Positions 24,943 through 34,256 of a stretch of 60,937 nucleotides of DNA are shown one piece after another (position 1 is the first letter of the stretch; every line of letters begins with the position of its first letter). The position numbers and the translations under genes are program-made. The DNA is taken from IMG/VR virus record IMGVR_UViG_3300045988_087795. One strand, 5' to 3'. The notes beneath the pieces are model-generated. The model searched no databases. It was not told the origin of the DNA and worked only from the letters and a program-made list of their open reading frames with translations. The DNA is from a virus.

Positions 24943-25136
24943 AAAAGAACTCCGTTATTCCCACGCCCTGCCCGAAATGCGGAAGCAACTTCCTGGCGCA
25001 CGGGAAGCCCTACGGCTGCACAACACCCCGGATTCTTGCCTGGCTTGGCAGCCTGCACGGCGTTATATGCGTTTCGTGCGGCCACTATGCGCCGACTGTG
25101 AAAGCTTGGAACGGGGAATGGGAGAAGAAAAAATGA
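24939..25136 (+). CDS. Lar-family restriction-alleviation-like zinc-ribbon protein
   Basis: PCPKCGS...VICVSCGHYAPTVKAWNGEW. GTGA overlap with the upstream gene. Confidence 0.5.
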   Translation: MKKNSVIPTPCPKCGSNFLAHGKPYGCTTPRILAWLGSLHGVICVSCGHYAPTVKAWNGEWEKKK

Positions 25137-25270
25137 GTAGTGAAGGTATTTGGAAGGCCGCCGCCTGGCTGGCATCTGCCGCTGTGGCCGTTGCCTGCAT
25201 CCTGAAAACCGGGAACGCGGACTTTTTGCAGATTCTTGCCTTTCCGTTTTTTGTTTGCATTTTGACTTGA
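25133..25270 (+). CDS. 45-aa membrane peptide
   Basis: ATGA overlap. Hydrophobic AAAWLASAAVAVACIL and ILAFPFFVCIL. Confidence 0.4.
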   Translation: MSSEGIWKAAAWLASAAVAVACILKTGNADFLQILAFPFFVCILT

Positions 25271-25284
25271 AGGAGGCGGAAACA

Positions 25285-25527
25285 ATGACGGAGAAAAGCG
25301 CTTTTGACAAGGCGCTCGGAGAACTGCACGACCTGATCGAATGGGAGGACGCAGAAGCGGCTATCCGAGAACTCCACGCCCGGCAGCCGGAAATGGAGCG
25401 GCTTTACCTTGACGGCAAGATTTTACCTGGTGAGCTGCAAGCCCTGGTCATGGTGAGCAACTGCCTTGAAAGGGAATTTATTCACAGGCAGCTTGCAACA
25501 GGGCGGCCGCTGCACCTGAACATTTGA
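25285..25527 (+). CDS. Hypothetical protein
   Basis: aaggagg RBS. Confidence 0.5.
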   Translation: MTEKSAFDKALGELHDLIEWEDAEAAIRELHARQPEMERLYLDGKILPGELQALVMVSNCLEREFIHRQLATGRPLHLNI

Positions 25528-25541
25528 GAGGAGACACACCA

Positions 25542-26273
25542 ATGATCGAGAAAGGCTCCATGTTTAAGGCCTGGGAGGCTACCACCGAGCAGCAGAAGAA
25601 GGCCCACGAAATGCAAGCCATCTACAAGGCCCAGGAAACCGCCCGGCAGGCAATCCAGGAGGCCATGAACCGGTACATAAAGAAAAAGACCCGCGCCCGC
25701 AGCGTGGCGAAAGCCGAAGCAGACCCGTTCGCGGAACTGGAAGGATGGGAAAGCCTTGAACAGATCCAAGAGGCCTACGGCTACGGCGAGATCACATCCG
25801 ACCGCCGGGACAAGTTGACGGACCTGTGGGAGGCCAGAGAGGCCGCACAGCGCAAGGGAAAGAAAGATGGCAAATATCACGACCTTGTAACCGATATGCT
25901 GGCCCGTGCTATTCACAGCGTGGGCATTGAGTACGCGGACGAGATTGCCGCGTATGAGGAGGAACGCCGGATGCGCCGCAGCTATTACGAGAAGGTGGAG
26001 AACAGGGCGAACGGCCTCCAGGAAGAAGAACCGGACCCTTTGAGCCCAGCAAGAGCCGCCATTGCAACGGCTATGCAGGCCGCCAAGGTTTCGGAAGTAA
26101 CCGGTGCACCGTTGCCGAAACCTCTTACATGGAAACGTGGATTCTATGATACTACCAGAACGTTTCCGTCCGGCTGGTATGAGTGCCCCGTGTGCGGATG
26201 CAGGGCGGACTGGGAACCGGAGCAATGCCCCAAATGCTACACGCGGCTGGAACCGGAAGAAACGGAGGGGTGA
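25542..26273 (+). CDS. Hypothetical protein with a C-terminal zinc ribbon
   Basis: gagaggag RBS. CPVCGC...CPKC. Confidence 0.55.
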   Translation: MIEKGSMFKAWEATTEQQKKAHEMQAIYKAQETARQAIQEAMNRYIKKKTRARSVAKAEADPFAELEGWESLEQIQEAYGYGEITSDRRDKLTDLWEAREAAQRKGKKDGKYHDLVTDMLARAIHSVGIEYADEIAAYEEERRMRRSYYEKVENRANGLQEEEPDPLSPARAAIATAMQAAKVSEVTGAPLPKPLTWKRGFYDTTRTFPSGWYECPVCGCRADWEPEQCPKCYTRLEPEETEG

Positions 26274-26276
26274 ACC

Positions 26277-26651
26277 GTGGGAAAAAGAAACTATCCGCCA
26301 TTTGAGACCTGGACAATCGACCTCCACGAGCGCTTCCCGCACTGGCCGTATAAGAAGCCAAAACCGGGCCATGAGGGCTTCCGCCTTCTGGACGGGCCCG
26401 CGCCTGACTTCCGCCGCATGACCGTGGAAGAATTTGAAACCCTGCCCGCTGGCGTATGGATGGACGTCAAAAAGACCCTGCCGCCCCTGGAACACCCGGT
26501 TTTAACAGTGGACGCCTACGGCAACTACCACACCAACACAGAATACATTGACAACCCAGAGATCCCGTTCTGCATCACCTACAACAACGGCCGTTTCTGG
26601 CCGCCGATTGCGTGGAGCAAGTTCGAGCCGTTGAAACAAGGCGGTGATTGA
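26277..26651 (+). CDS. Hypothetical protein (GTG start)
   Basis: Tightly packed in the operon. Confidence 0.45.
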   Translation: MGKRNYPPFETWTIDLHERFPHWPYKKPKPGHEGFRLLDGPAPDFRRMTVEEFETLPAGVWMDVKKTLPPLEHPVLTVDAYGNYHTNTEYIDNPEIPFCITYNNGRFWPPIAWSKFEPLKQGGD

Positions 26652-26654
26652 TGA

Positions 26655-26897
26655 ATGAGCGATGAAAAGGAGGACCCACGCATGGATATGGGCAGAAACA
26701 GCGAACATTACAGCGACCCCACACCCGGCACGGCCTGGGAGAATATGCGCAGGGAGGAAAAGCGGCTGGATGCCGCCCGCCTTGTTGTGGTTTCGGCCCT
26801 GGTGCCGATTCTTCGCCAGACGGCCGAGCTTGCAGGCTTTGAAATCATCGGCCGCATACCGCTGCGCGACAAGGCGACCGGGAAGGAGTACAGATAA
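26655..26897 (+). CDS. Hypothetical protein (EHYSDPTPG motif common in Firmicute prophages)
   Basis: 80-aa ORF in the operon. Confidence 0.5.
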   Translation: MSDEKEDPRMDMGRNSEHYSDPTPGTAWENMRREEKRLDAARLVVVSALVPILRQTAELAGFEIIGRIPLRDKATGKEYR

Positions 26898-27359
26898 ATG
26901 GAAGGCTTTGATTTTTTCGACCTGGCGGCAAAAGAGAGCCGCGAGCCTGAAACTCGGGAGCTGCCGCGCCGGATTCTTTTCCGCGGGAAGCTGAAAAGCG
27001 GCGAATGGGCCAGCGGGAACCTGAACGTTGGTAGCAAGGGAATCTGTATTATCCGCCCCGGCAAAAACGTTGTGGGCAAATATGGCCGCGTGAACCCTGA
27101 AACTGTGGGCCAGGCTACCGGCATCTTGGACAAGCGCGCCCGGGATATTTTCGAGGGCGATATTTTGAAGATTCACCACAAAACGCCCCTGCCCGTTGGC
27201 CTGGCCGTGGTGAAGTACGACAAAAAACGGAGTGCTTTTAGAGCCTTCCCGGTAGATCGCCCCTGGTACGCCTGCCAGATCGCATACCCGGACGAAATCG
27301 TGGGCAACATTTACGACGACCCGGACCTTTTGAAACAGGGAGAGGACACACAAAAATGA
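26898..27359 (+). CDS. YopX-family protein
   Basis: ETVGQATGILDKRARDIFEGDIL...DEIVGNIYDDPDLL. Confidence 0.8.
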   Translation: MEGFDFFDLAAKESREPETRELPRRILFRGKLKSGEWASGNLNVGSKGICIIRPGKNVVGKYGRVNPETVGQATGILDKRARDIFEGDILKIHHKTPLPVGLAVVKYDKKRSAFRAFPVDRPWYACQIAYPDEIVGNIYDDPDLLKQGEDTQK

Positions 27360-28342
27360 TGAACAAGAGCGCAATCGATTGGTGCGATTTTTCATGGAAC
27401 CCTGTCACCGGCTGCAATTTTGGCTGTGAATACTGCTATGCGCAGCGCCAGGCCACCCGCTTTGCCGGAAACATCCGCATGAACATGACGAGCGAACAGC
27501 TTAAAACCGAAGCCGCCGGGCTTTACGTTCTGGAACAGCCCTTCAAGAACTACACCGGCACCGTTCTTCCGTTCCCGGCCGGTTTCGCCCCGACCTTCCA
27601 CAAATACCGTCTGGGCGACCCGGCGAAGAAAAAGAAGCCTGCGAATATTTTTGTTTGCAGCATGGCGGACCTTTTCGGCGACTGGATTCCCGATGAATGG
27701 ATCGAGGCTGTTTTTGAGGCCTGCAAGGCAGCGCCCCAGCACAATTACTTATTCCTGACCAAGAGCCCCGGCCGTTACCAGACCCTAGCAGCGGCGGGAA
27801 AGCTGCCCGAGCTTCCGAACTTCTGGTATGGCAGCAGCATCACCGGCCCGGATAACTGGTTTTGGTGGAGCGAATACCACCACACCTTCGTGAGCTATGA
27901 ACCCATGCTCAAACCCCTAGGCATTGCCGACGAGGACGCCGCCCGGAAGGTTGACTGGATCATTGCAGGAGCCGAAACCGGCCACCGGGCAGGGAAGATC
28001 ACCCCGGAAGAAGGATGGCTGGAAGAACTGGCAGCCGCAGCACGAAGGGCAGGCGTTCCGCTGTGGATCAAAGACAGCGAGGAGATCCGCGCCGTGATAG
28101 GCGGAGAACCAGCCCAGGCCTTGCCGGATGCGCTCAAACACCCAAAAGACCGCCCCACGCCGCACTGCGCAGAGTGCGAGCACTGTATTAAGACCCAGGA
28201 GGGCCAGAGAGGCACCCGGAAAAACTGTGCCATTGGATGGACGGCCGAAGGGTACGAAGACGGAGGAGCCCGCCACATTCCGACCAGAGGAAACCGCCAG
28301 TCCCCGGACTGGTGCCCGAGAAGAAAGGACGATGCAGAATGA
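27356..28342 (+). CDS. Gp37/Gp68 (DUF5131) family protein
   Basis: IDWCDFSWNPVTGCNFGCEYCYA. Confidence 0.8.
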   Translation: MMNKSAIDWCDFSWNPVTGCNFGCEYCYAQRQATRFAGNIRMNMTSEQLKTEAAGLYVLEQPFKNYTGTVLPFPAGFAPTFHKYRLGDPAKKKKPANIFVCSMADLFGDWIPDEWIEAVFEACKAAPQHNYLFLTKSPGRYQTLAAAGKLPELPNFWYGSSITGPDNWFWWSEYHHTFVSYEPMLKPLGIADEDAARKVDWIIAGAETGHRAGKITPEEGWLEELAAAARRAGVPLWIKDSEEIRAVIGGEPAQALPDALKHPKDRPTPHCAECEHCIKTQEGQRGTRKNCAIGWTAEGYEDGGARHIPTRGNRQSPDWCPRRKDDAE

Positions 28343-28944
28343 ACAGCCGCGAGAACATGGGCGCCCTAGGCACCCGTATTGCCAACATGGGCCAGGCCCT
28401 TATGCAGACCGCGATCCGCACCGGCGTTGCCGCAGGCGTGAGCACAGCAGCCGCACACATTGAGGAGGAGCACCAGAAGGAGGCCAAGGAGCGCACCGAC
28501 CGGCGCCTCCATAACACCCGGCTCCTGCTGAAAAACTACCGGCTTTTGAAGCGGCACACCGCAGGCGCCATCTACAACGCCAAGCAGGCCAAGGAGAAAG
28601 AGAGCGCAGCAAGCATCCTGGACGGCCTGGAAAGCTACACCCGGGACGACAGCCTTTATATTGAGAGCATCAAGCGCAGCCAGGAGCGCACGTTGATTAT
28701 TCTGGCCCACATTGAGAAGATGTTGGAGCTTTACCACGTTTGGTGCCAGCAGAACGGCACAGAGGAGGACGTGAGGCGCTACGAGGTGGTCATGGAAACC
28801 TACATCCGGGAGCCGAAAAAAAGTGTACAGGAAATCGCGGGCACTTTTGGCATTGAGCGGCGCACCGTGTACAAGGACATCAATGCAGCGATTCAGCCGC
28901 TTACTGCCTTGTTTTTTGGCATTGACGCCGTAAAGGCTGCCTAA
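28339..28944 (+). CDS. ArpU/RinA-like late-gene transcriptional regulator (sigma-region-4-like HTH)
   Basis: RLHNTRLLLKNYRLLKRH and C-terminal SVQEIAGTFGIERRTVYKDI. Last gene before the late genes. Confidence 0.6.
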   Translation: MNSRENMGALGTRIANMGQALMQTAIRTGVAAGVSTAAAHIEEEHQKEAKERTDRRLHNTRLLLKNYRLLKRHTAGAIYNAKQAKEKESAASILDGLESYTRDDSLYIESIKRSQERTLIILAHIEKMLELYHVWCQQNGTEEDVRRYEVVMETYIREPKKSVQEIAGTFGIERRTVYKDINAAIQPLTALFFGIDAVKAA

Positions 28945-28971
28945 CGTGCGCCAGGGTGCACAAATTGGGCA

Positions 28972-29000
28972 CTGACAGGGCACTTTGAAAGATATATAAT
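28972..29000 (+). promoter_or_regulatory. Promoter of the ParB-methyltransferase unit, with flanking gggcact direct repeats
   Basis: CTGACA (28972..28977), 17-nt spacer, TATAAT (28995..29000). gggcact at 28967 and 28978. Confidence 0.55.
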
Positions 29001-29045
29001 ACTAGCATGGAGGCTTGAGGATGAATGAAAAACCCTATAACGGCA

Positions 29046-29053
29046 CCCCCCCC
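29046..29053 (+). repeat. C8 homopolymer separating the RBS-equipped ATG (29021) from the long ORF frame
   Basis: ATG 29021 (ggagg 7 nt upstream) reads MNEKPYNGTPPER then stops. One extra C would fuse it in frame to the ORF, which is open from 29041. Confidence 0.85.
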
Positions 29054-29103
29054 GAGAGGTAACGCCTGACGGCTTCAAAGTATACTGTGCGTATGACGAG
29101 ATC

Positions 29104-30723
29104 GTGGAAACCGACAGCCTGAAACCGAACCCCCGGAACCCGAACAGGCACCCGGAGGCACAAGTGAAGATGCTGGCCCACATAATTGCGGAACAGGGGT
29201 GGCGAGCCCCTATCACCGTGAGCAGGCGCAGCGGCTACATTGTACGCGGCCACGCCCGGCGCCTTGCAGGCTACGAGGCGGGCAGCCAGTATGCCCCCAT
29301 TGAGTGGCAGGACTACGACAACGACAGCGCCGAAATGGCGGACCTTGTCGCAGACAACCGAATCGCCGAGCTTGCTGTCCTGGACCAGGACGCCATAGCT
29401 GGGATTCTGGCCGAGCTGAAAGAGAACACCGACGACCTGGACCCGGAGCTGTCCGGCTTTACGGCGGAACAGATTGAGGACATGATCGCGGAAAACAAGA
29501 CCGACAGGGAAGCCGAGGAGCAGGCCGCGCGCCTGACCCTGGGCGAAAGATTCCTCATTCCGCCCTTTACTGTCCTGGATTCCAGAGGCGGCGTATGGGC
29601 TGAAAGAAAGAAGGCCTGGAAGCGCCTCGGTATCCGTTCCGAGGTTGGCCGCGGTGCTGACGACGACAACACGAAGGCGGGCTTGACTTATAACATAAGC
29701 AGCCAGCCGCCGGGTGCCTACAAGGCCAAGAACGCCTATGAAGAAAAAATCGGGCAGAAAATAAGCTGGGAGGAGTTCGCAGAGCTTTTCCCGGATGCCA
29801 TGGCGTACAGCGCCACTTCGATTTTTGACCCGGTTTTGTGTGAGCTGGCTTACCGCTGGTTTTGCCCGCAGGGCGGCACGATCATTGACCCCTTTGCAGG
29901 CGGCAGCGTCCGCGGCGTGGTGGCGGCTCTTACCGGCCGGAAATACACCGGCTGCGATTTAAGCAGCCGCCAGATTGAGGCCAACGTGAACAACTGGGAA
30001 GAAATCTCCCACATTAGCGTCCTGGACGATGCACCCGAGGTGACACCGCCCACATGGATAAACGGCGACAGTTCCCACATTGACGAGCTGGCGCCGGGAG
30101 AATATGACCTCTTTTTCACTTGCCCACCCTATGCAGATCTTGAAGTGTACAGCGACAAGCCCGAGGACCTTTCAAACAAGGATTACCCCGAGTTCTTGCA
30201 GCTTTACCGCAACGTGATCCGCCGGGCAACCGCTATGCTGAAACCTGACAGCTTTGCCGTTATTGTGGTGAGCGACCTTCGGGATAAGAAGGGCTTTTAC
30301 CGCAATTTCGTTTCTGACACCATCGACGCCTTCCAGGACGTCGGCCTGAAATTTTACAACGAAGCGATTCTGGTAAATACGGCCGGAGGCCTGGCAATTC
30401 GCGCGGGAAAGCAGTTTGAGCACAGCCGGAAAATGGGCAAAGACCACCAGAACGTCCTTGTGTTCTGCAACGGAGATCCTGCCCAAAGCGCAGCCTTTCG
30501 CACGGAAGACCCGCAGGAATACGCAGAGGACATAAACAGCTATCTGAAAGCCGGAGCGGGCAAACTTGGCGTGAACCACGAAAAAGTTCTGGTTTTCGCC
30601 AAGGGCGACCCGGAGAAAGCCGCGGAGACCATCGGAACGCCGGAAACCGTAGAGGAGGCCGACCGGTACGACAACACGGCGCTATTAAAAGAAATTCTCG
30701 GAGAAGACACCGGGGACGAATAA
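29104..30723 (+). CDS. ParB-like nuclease domain fused to a DNA methyltransferase (N6-adenine / N4-cytosine class). Coordinates are the as-assembled ORF from GTG; the true start is probably ATG 29021.
   Basis: LKPNPRNPNRHP...GHARRLA (ParB N-domain). DPFAGGSVRG (AdoMet site). FFTCPPYADLEVY (xPPY catalytic motif). Confidence 0.8.
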   Translation: METDSLKPNPRNPNRHPEAQVKMLAHIIAEQGWRAPITVSRRSGYIVRGHARRLAGYEAGSQYAPIEWQDYDNDSAEMADLVADNRIAELAVLDQDAIAGILAELKENTDDLDPELSGFTAEQIEDMIAENKTDREAEEQAARLTLGERFLIPPFTVLDSRGGVWAERKKAWKRLGIRSEVGRGADDDNTKAGLTYNISSQPPGAYKAKNAYEEKIGQKISWEEFAELFPDAMAYSATSIFDPVLCELAYRWFCPQGGTIIDPFAGGSVRGVVAALTGRKYTGCDLSSRQIEANVNNWEEISHISVLDDAPEVTPPTWINGDSSHIDELAPGEYDLFFTCPPYADLEVYSDKPEDLSNKDYPEFLQLYRNVIRRATAMLKPDSFAVIVVSDLRDKKGFYRNFVSDTIDAFQDVGLKFYNEAILVNTAGGLAIRAGKQFEHSRKMGKDHQNVLVFCNGDPAQSAAFRTEDPQEYAEDINSYLKAGAGKLGVNHEKVLVFAKGDPEKAAETIGTPETVEEADRYDNTALLKEILGEDTGDE

Positions 30724-30732
30724 CAGCGAGGA

Positions 30733-30763
30733 GGCTCGGGAGCAATCCCGGGCCTTACTTTTT
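30733..30763 (+). terminator. Terminator after the methyltransferase gene
   Basis: ggctcggga-gcaa-tcccgggcc (9-bp stem, GNRA loop) followed by ttacttttt. Confidence 0.7.
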
Positions 30764-30783
30764 GCCAGGAAGGAGGAAAGACC

Positions 30784-31371
30784 GTGGCACACACAGGGCA
30801 GCGCGACCCGTGGGAACGCCTGCCAGGAGAGACCGCGCGGCAGTATGAGTGCTTCTGCGCTTACCGTGATATGCGATACTTGGAGAAGCCGAAGAAGCCC
30901 GGCGGCATTGTTCGGCCGGACTTTACCATCCGCCGCAGCATTCGCGGCCTAGCCGAGCAGATGGGCGTTACCCGCAAGAGCCTGGAACCCATGAGCGCAA
31001 AGTTTGACTGGGTCGCCAGGGCAGAGGAGTACGACAGTTATATCCTGGATTGTGTAGCAGCCCAAAACACGGCCCAGATCGTGAAGATGCACGAGAAGCA
31101 CGCGGCCATTGCGGAACAGATGCTGCGTAAGGCCACCAGCCGTCTGCTGACCATCCCGGACACCGATATAGACGCAAACGCCGTTGTTCGCATGGTGGAT
31201 ATAGGCGTAAAGGTGGAGCGGCTGAGCCGAGGAGAGCCCACGGAAAACCGCACCGTGACCCATGGCGGCGCGCTGGAAGTAGAAAACACGCAGCGCGCGG
31301 ACCTTTCCGCCCTTTCCGACGAGGAGCTAAACCAGCTTGCCGGACTACTGGAAAAATCTAGCCCAGGTTGA
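30784..31371 (+). CDS. Terminase small subunit (putative)
   Basis: GTG start after aggaaggagg. ETARQYECFCAYRDM...RSIRGLAEQMGVTRKSL is HTH-like. Immediately upstream of TerL. Confidence 0.6.
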   Translation: MAHTGQRDPWERLPGETARQYECFCAYRDMRYLEKPKKPGGIVRPDFTIRRSIRGLAEQMGVTRKSLEPMSAKFDWVARAEEYDSYILDCVAAQNTAQIVKMHEKHAAIAEQMLRKATSRLLTIPDTDIDANAVVRMVDIGVKVERLSRGEPTENRTVTHGGALEVENTQRADLSALSDEELNQLAGLLEKSSPG

Positions 31372-32827
31372 CCCTGCGGCGCTTCTCCGACAGGTCCGCC
31401 GGGAGCAGGCGGAACGGAACCTCCCCGAGTTCATCCGCCAGGCCTGGTCCGTAATTGAGCCCGGCACGACGTTCATCGACAACTGGCACATAGATTGCAT
31501 CGGCGAGTACCTGGAAGCGGTAAACCGCGGCCAGATCACCCGCCTGATCGTAAATATGCCACCTCGCCACATGAAATCCCTGGAAATAACCGTGTGCTAT
31601 CCGGCCTGGACGTGGGTAAAGCACCCGGAACGGCGATTCATAAAAGTTTCGTATTCCGACAGCCTGAGCCGCAAGCACAACGTTTTGACCCGTGACATTA
31701 TACAATCCCCATGGTATGCAGCCAACTGGGGAGACCGATTCAGCCTAAAAGACGACGTGAACCGGCAAAACGAGTTTAAGAACAACCACCAAGGCCTTAT
31801 GTTTTCGACCTCTGTCGGCGGCGCGCTGACCGGTGAAGGTGGCGACTGCATCATACTGGACGACCCGCAGAACCCATTACAGGCCAACAGCGAAACCGAG
31901 AGAGAAGCAACCATAGCCTTCTTCAAGAACACCTTGCAATCCCGTTTGAACGACCCGAAGACGGGCGTTTTTATTATTGTGATGCAGCGCCTTCACGAAA
32001 AGGACCTGACCGGCCATATTTTGGCCGAGGACCTGGGCTATACACACCTTTGCCTCCCGGCGGAGGCGCCGCAGCGCACAATAATCACCTTCCCGGTGAG
32101 CGGCCGCGAGGTGATCCGCGAGGAAGGCGACATCCTGAACCCGCAGCGTTTCGACAAAGAAACCCTGGCGAGCCTTAAAAAGTCCATGGGCTCCTTGCAA
32201 TATGCGGGCCAGTACGAACAGACCCCCGCCCCGGCGGACGGCCTGATCTTTAAGCGCGAATGGCTGCAAAACTTCTTCGACCCCAAAGCAGCGCCCCACC
32301 AAAGTATGCTTATCCAGTCCTGGGATATGGCTTTCACAAAGAGCGAAGGCAGCGCCAAGGTTGCGGGCTACATTGTGGGCCGGAGTGGTGCAGACGTTTA
32401 CATTTGGGACCTGGTAAACGAAAAAATGACCTTTACCGAGAGCGTGGCGGCCGTGCGCACCCTGACGGGCAAATGGCCGAAAGCCAGGGCGAAGGTTATA
32501 GAGAACAAGGCCAACGGTCCCGCAATCGTTGACCTGTTGAAAAAAAAAATTCCCGGCATGGTAGAGTTCAACCCAAAGGGCAGCAAGCAAGAACGTGCCC
32601 TTTCCGTTACGCCCTACTTTGAAGCCGGGAATATTCATTTCCCAAAGCCGGAAACGGCGCCCTGGGTGCACGACACCATCCAGGATCTTTTGATGTTTCC
32701 CAAGGGCGAATACAAGGACGATATAGACGCACTTGTGCAGGCTATCTTGTACTTGATGGACAAGCCCGCAAAGAGCCCGCCAAAGGCAGAAGCGATGCTT
32801 TCCAAGAGCAGCTATTGGCGGAGATAA
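31337..32827 (+). CDS. terL: Terminase large subunit
   Basis: NMPPRHMKS (Walker A-like), CIILDDPQNP (Walker B), and a C-terminal nuclease-like region. The TTG start is uncertain. Confidence 0.85.
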   Translation: MPDYWKNLAQVDPAALLRQVRREQAERNLPEFIRQAWSVIEPGTTFIDNWHIDCIGEYLEAVNRGQITRLIVNMPPRHMKSLEITVCYPAWTWVKHPERRFIKVSYSDSLSRKHNVLTRDIIQSPWYAANWGDRFSLKDDVNRQNEFKNNHQGLMFSTSVGGALTGEGGDCIILDDPQNPLQANSETEREATIAFFKNTLQSRLNDPKTGVFIIVMQRLHEKDLTGHILAEDLGYTHLCLPAEAPQRTIITFPVSGREVIREEGDILNPQRFDKETLASLKKSMGSLQYAGQYEQTPAPADGLIFKREWLQNFFDPKAAPHQSMLIQSWDMAFTKSEGSAKVAGYIVGRSGADVYIWDLVNEKMTFTESVAAVRTLTGKWPKARAKVIENKANGPAIVDLLKKKIPGMVEFNPKGSKQERALSVTPYFEAGNIHFPKPETAPWVHDTIQDLLMFPKGEYKDDIDALVQAILYLMDKPAKSPPKAEAMLSKSSYWRR

Positions 32828-32845
32828 ACAGAAGGAGGAAAACGC

Positions 32846-34255
32846 GTGACAACCCGAAAAGGAGAAGTCGGCCGCATAGGCCAGAAACGCTATGGCGGCG
32901 TCTTCTATGAAGAATTTTTGCCGGAGCTGCGCGGCCGCCGAGGCATGGCGGCTTACAGTGAAATGGCAGCAAATGACGACCTTGTGGGCGCCATTCTGTA
33001 CGCAATAAAAATGCTGATCCGGCAAGTAGACTGGAACGTGGCGCCCGGCGGTGCTTCCGAGAAGGACCAGGAGGCCGCAGATTTCGTTCTGGAATGTATG
33101 GCCGATATGCAAGACACCTGGACGGACACGATCAGCGAAATCTTGTCCTTCCTGACTTTCGGCTGGTCTGCCCACGAGATCGTGTATAAGCGCCGGTGCG
33201 GCAGCAGCCGGGACCCGCGCCTGAACAGCAAGTACGACGACAGCCTGGTGGGCTGGATGAAACTTCCTATCCGCTCCCAAGAAAGCCTCTACCAATGGGA
33301 GTACGACGAGAACGACAACCTTGTCGCACTGACCCAGATGCCCCCGCCGAATTTTGAGCTTATCACGATTCCGGCGGAAAAGCTGCTTTTCTTCCGCACG
33401 GAGAGCAGCAAGGGCAACCCGGAGGGGCGCAGCATTCTGCGCAACGCTTACCGCTCCTGGTATTTCAAGCGCAGAATCCAGGAAATTGAAGGCATCGGCA
33501 TTGAACGCGACCTTGCGGGCTTTCCTGTGCTTACCGCGCCGGAAGGCACGGACATTTGGGACCAGAACGACCCGGAAATGGTCGCAATCCTGAACAATGC
33601 CCAGGCCATCGTCCAGAACATCCGCCGGGACCACCTGGAAGGCCTGGTGCTTCCGTCCGGCTGGAAGCTGGAACTTTTAAGCAGCGGCGGCGACCGGCAG
33701 TTTGACACGAACAAGGTTATTGACCGCTACGACACCCGAATCGCCATGACAGTTATGGCGGATTTTGTTCTGCTGGGCCACCAGCAGACCGGCTCCTTTG
33801 CGTTGAGCGACAACAAAACGCATATTTTTTCTATGGCAATCGAAGCTTTCCTGGACGTGATCTGCGAGCAGTTCAACAACAAGGCGATTCCCGATCTTAT
33901 GAAAATGAACGGTGAGCACTTCGCGGGTCTTACTGACTACCCGCACCTTACCCACGGCGACGTGGAGGACGTGGACCTGGACAAGCTGGGCAACTACTTG
34001 AAGAACGTCACGACCTCCGGCCTCCTGGTGCCCGACGAGGGCGTGGAAGACTACATCCGGGAAGCCGCCGGGCTGCCGAAGCGGCTTGACGACTATGTGC
34101 CGATGCCGGGCGAGGACCGGGAGCCGGGCAAGGTGAGAACCACCCAGAAGCCGAAGAAAGACACCGGCGACAAGATGGGCGGCCTTGACGACGAGGAGCC
34201 GGAAGAAGACCCGGAGGCGGTAGAAAAGGCGAGAAAGGACCTGGGGAGGGACTAA
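32846..34255 (+). CDS. Portal protein
   Basis: Position between TerL and MuF. YSEMAANDDLVGAILYAIKMLI is typical of Mu-gp29/DUF935-like portals. Confidence 0.75.
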   Translation: MTTRKGEVGRIGQKRYGGVFYEEFLPELRGRRGMAAYSEMAANDDLVGAILYAIKMLIRQVDWNVAPGGASEKDQEAADFVLECMADMQDTWTDTISEILSFLTFGWSAHEIVYKRRCGSSRDPRLNSKYDDSLVGWMKLPIRSQESLYQWEYDENDNLVALTQMPPPNFELITIPAEKLLFFRTESSKGNPEGRSILRNAYRSWYFKRRIQEIEGIGIERDLAGFPVLTAPEGTDIWDQNDPEMVAILNNAQAIVQNIRRDHLEGLVLPSGWKLELLSSGGDRQFDTNKVIDRYDTRIAMTVMADFVLLGHQQTGSFALSDNKTHIFSMAIEAFLDVICEQFNNKAIPDLMKMNGEHFAGLTDYPHLTHGDVEDVDLDKLGNYLKNVTTSGLLVPDEGVEDYIREAAGLPKRLDDYVPMPGEDREPGKVRTTQKPKKDTGDKMGGLDDEEPEEDPEAVEKARKDLGRD

Positions 34256-34256
34256 A

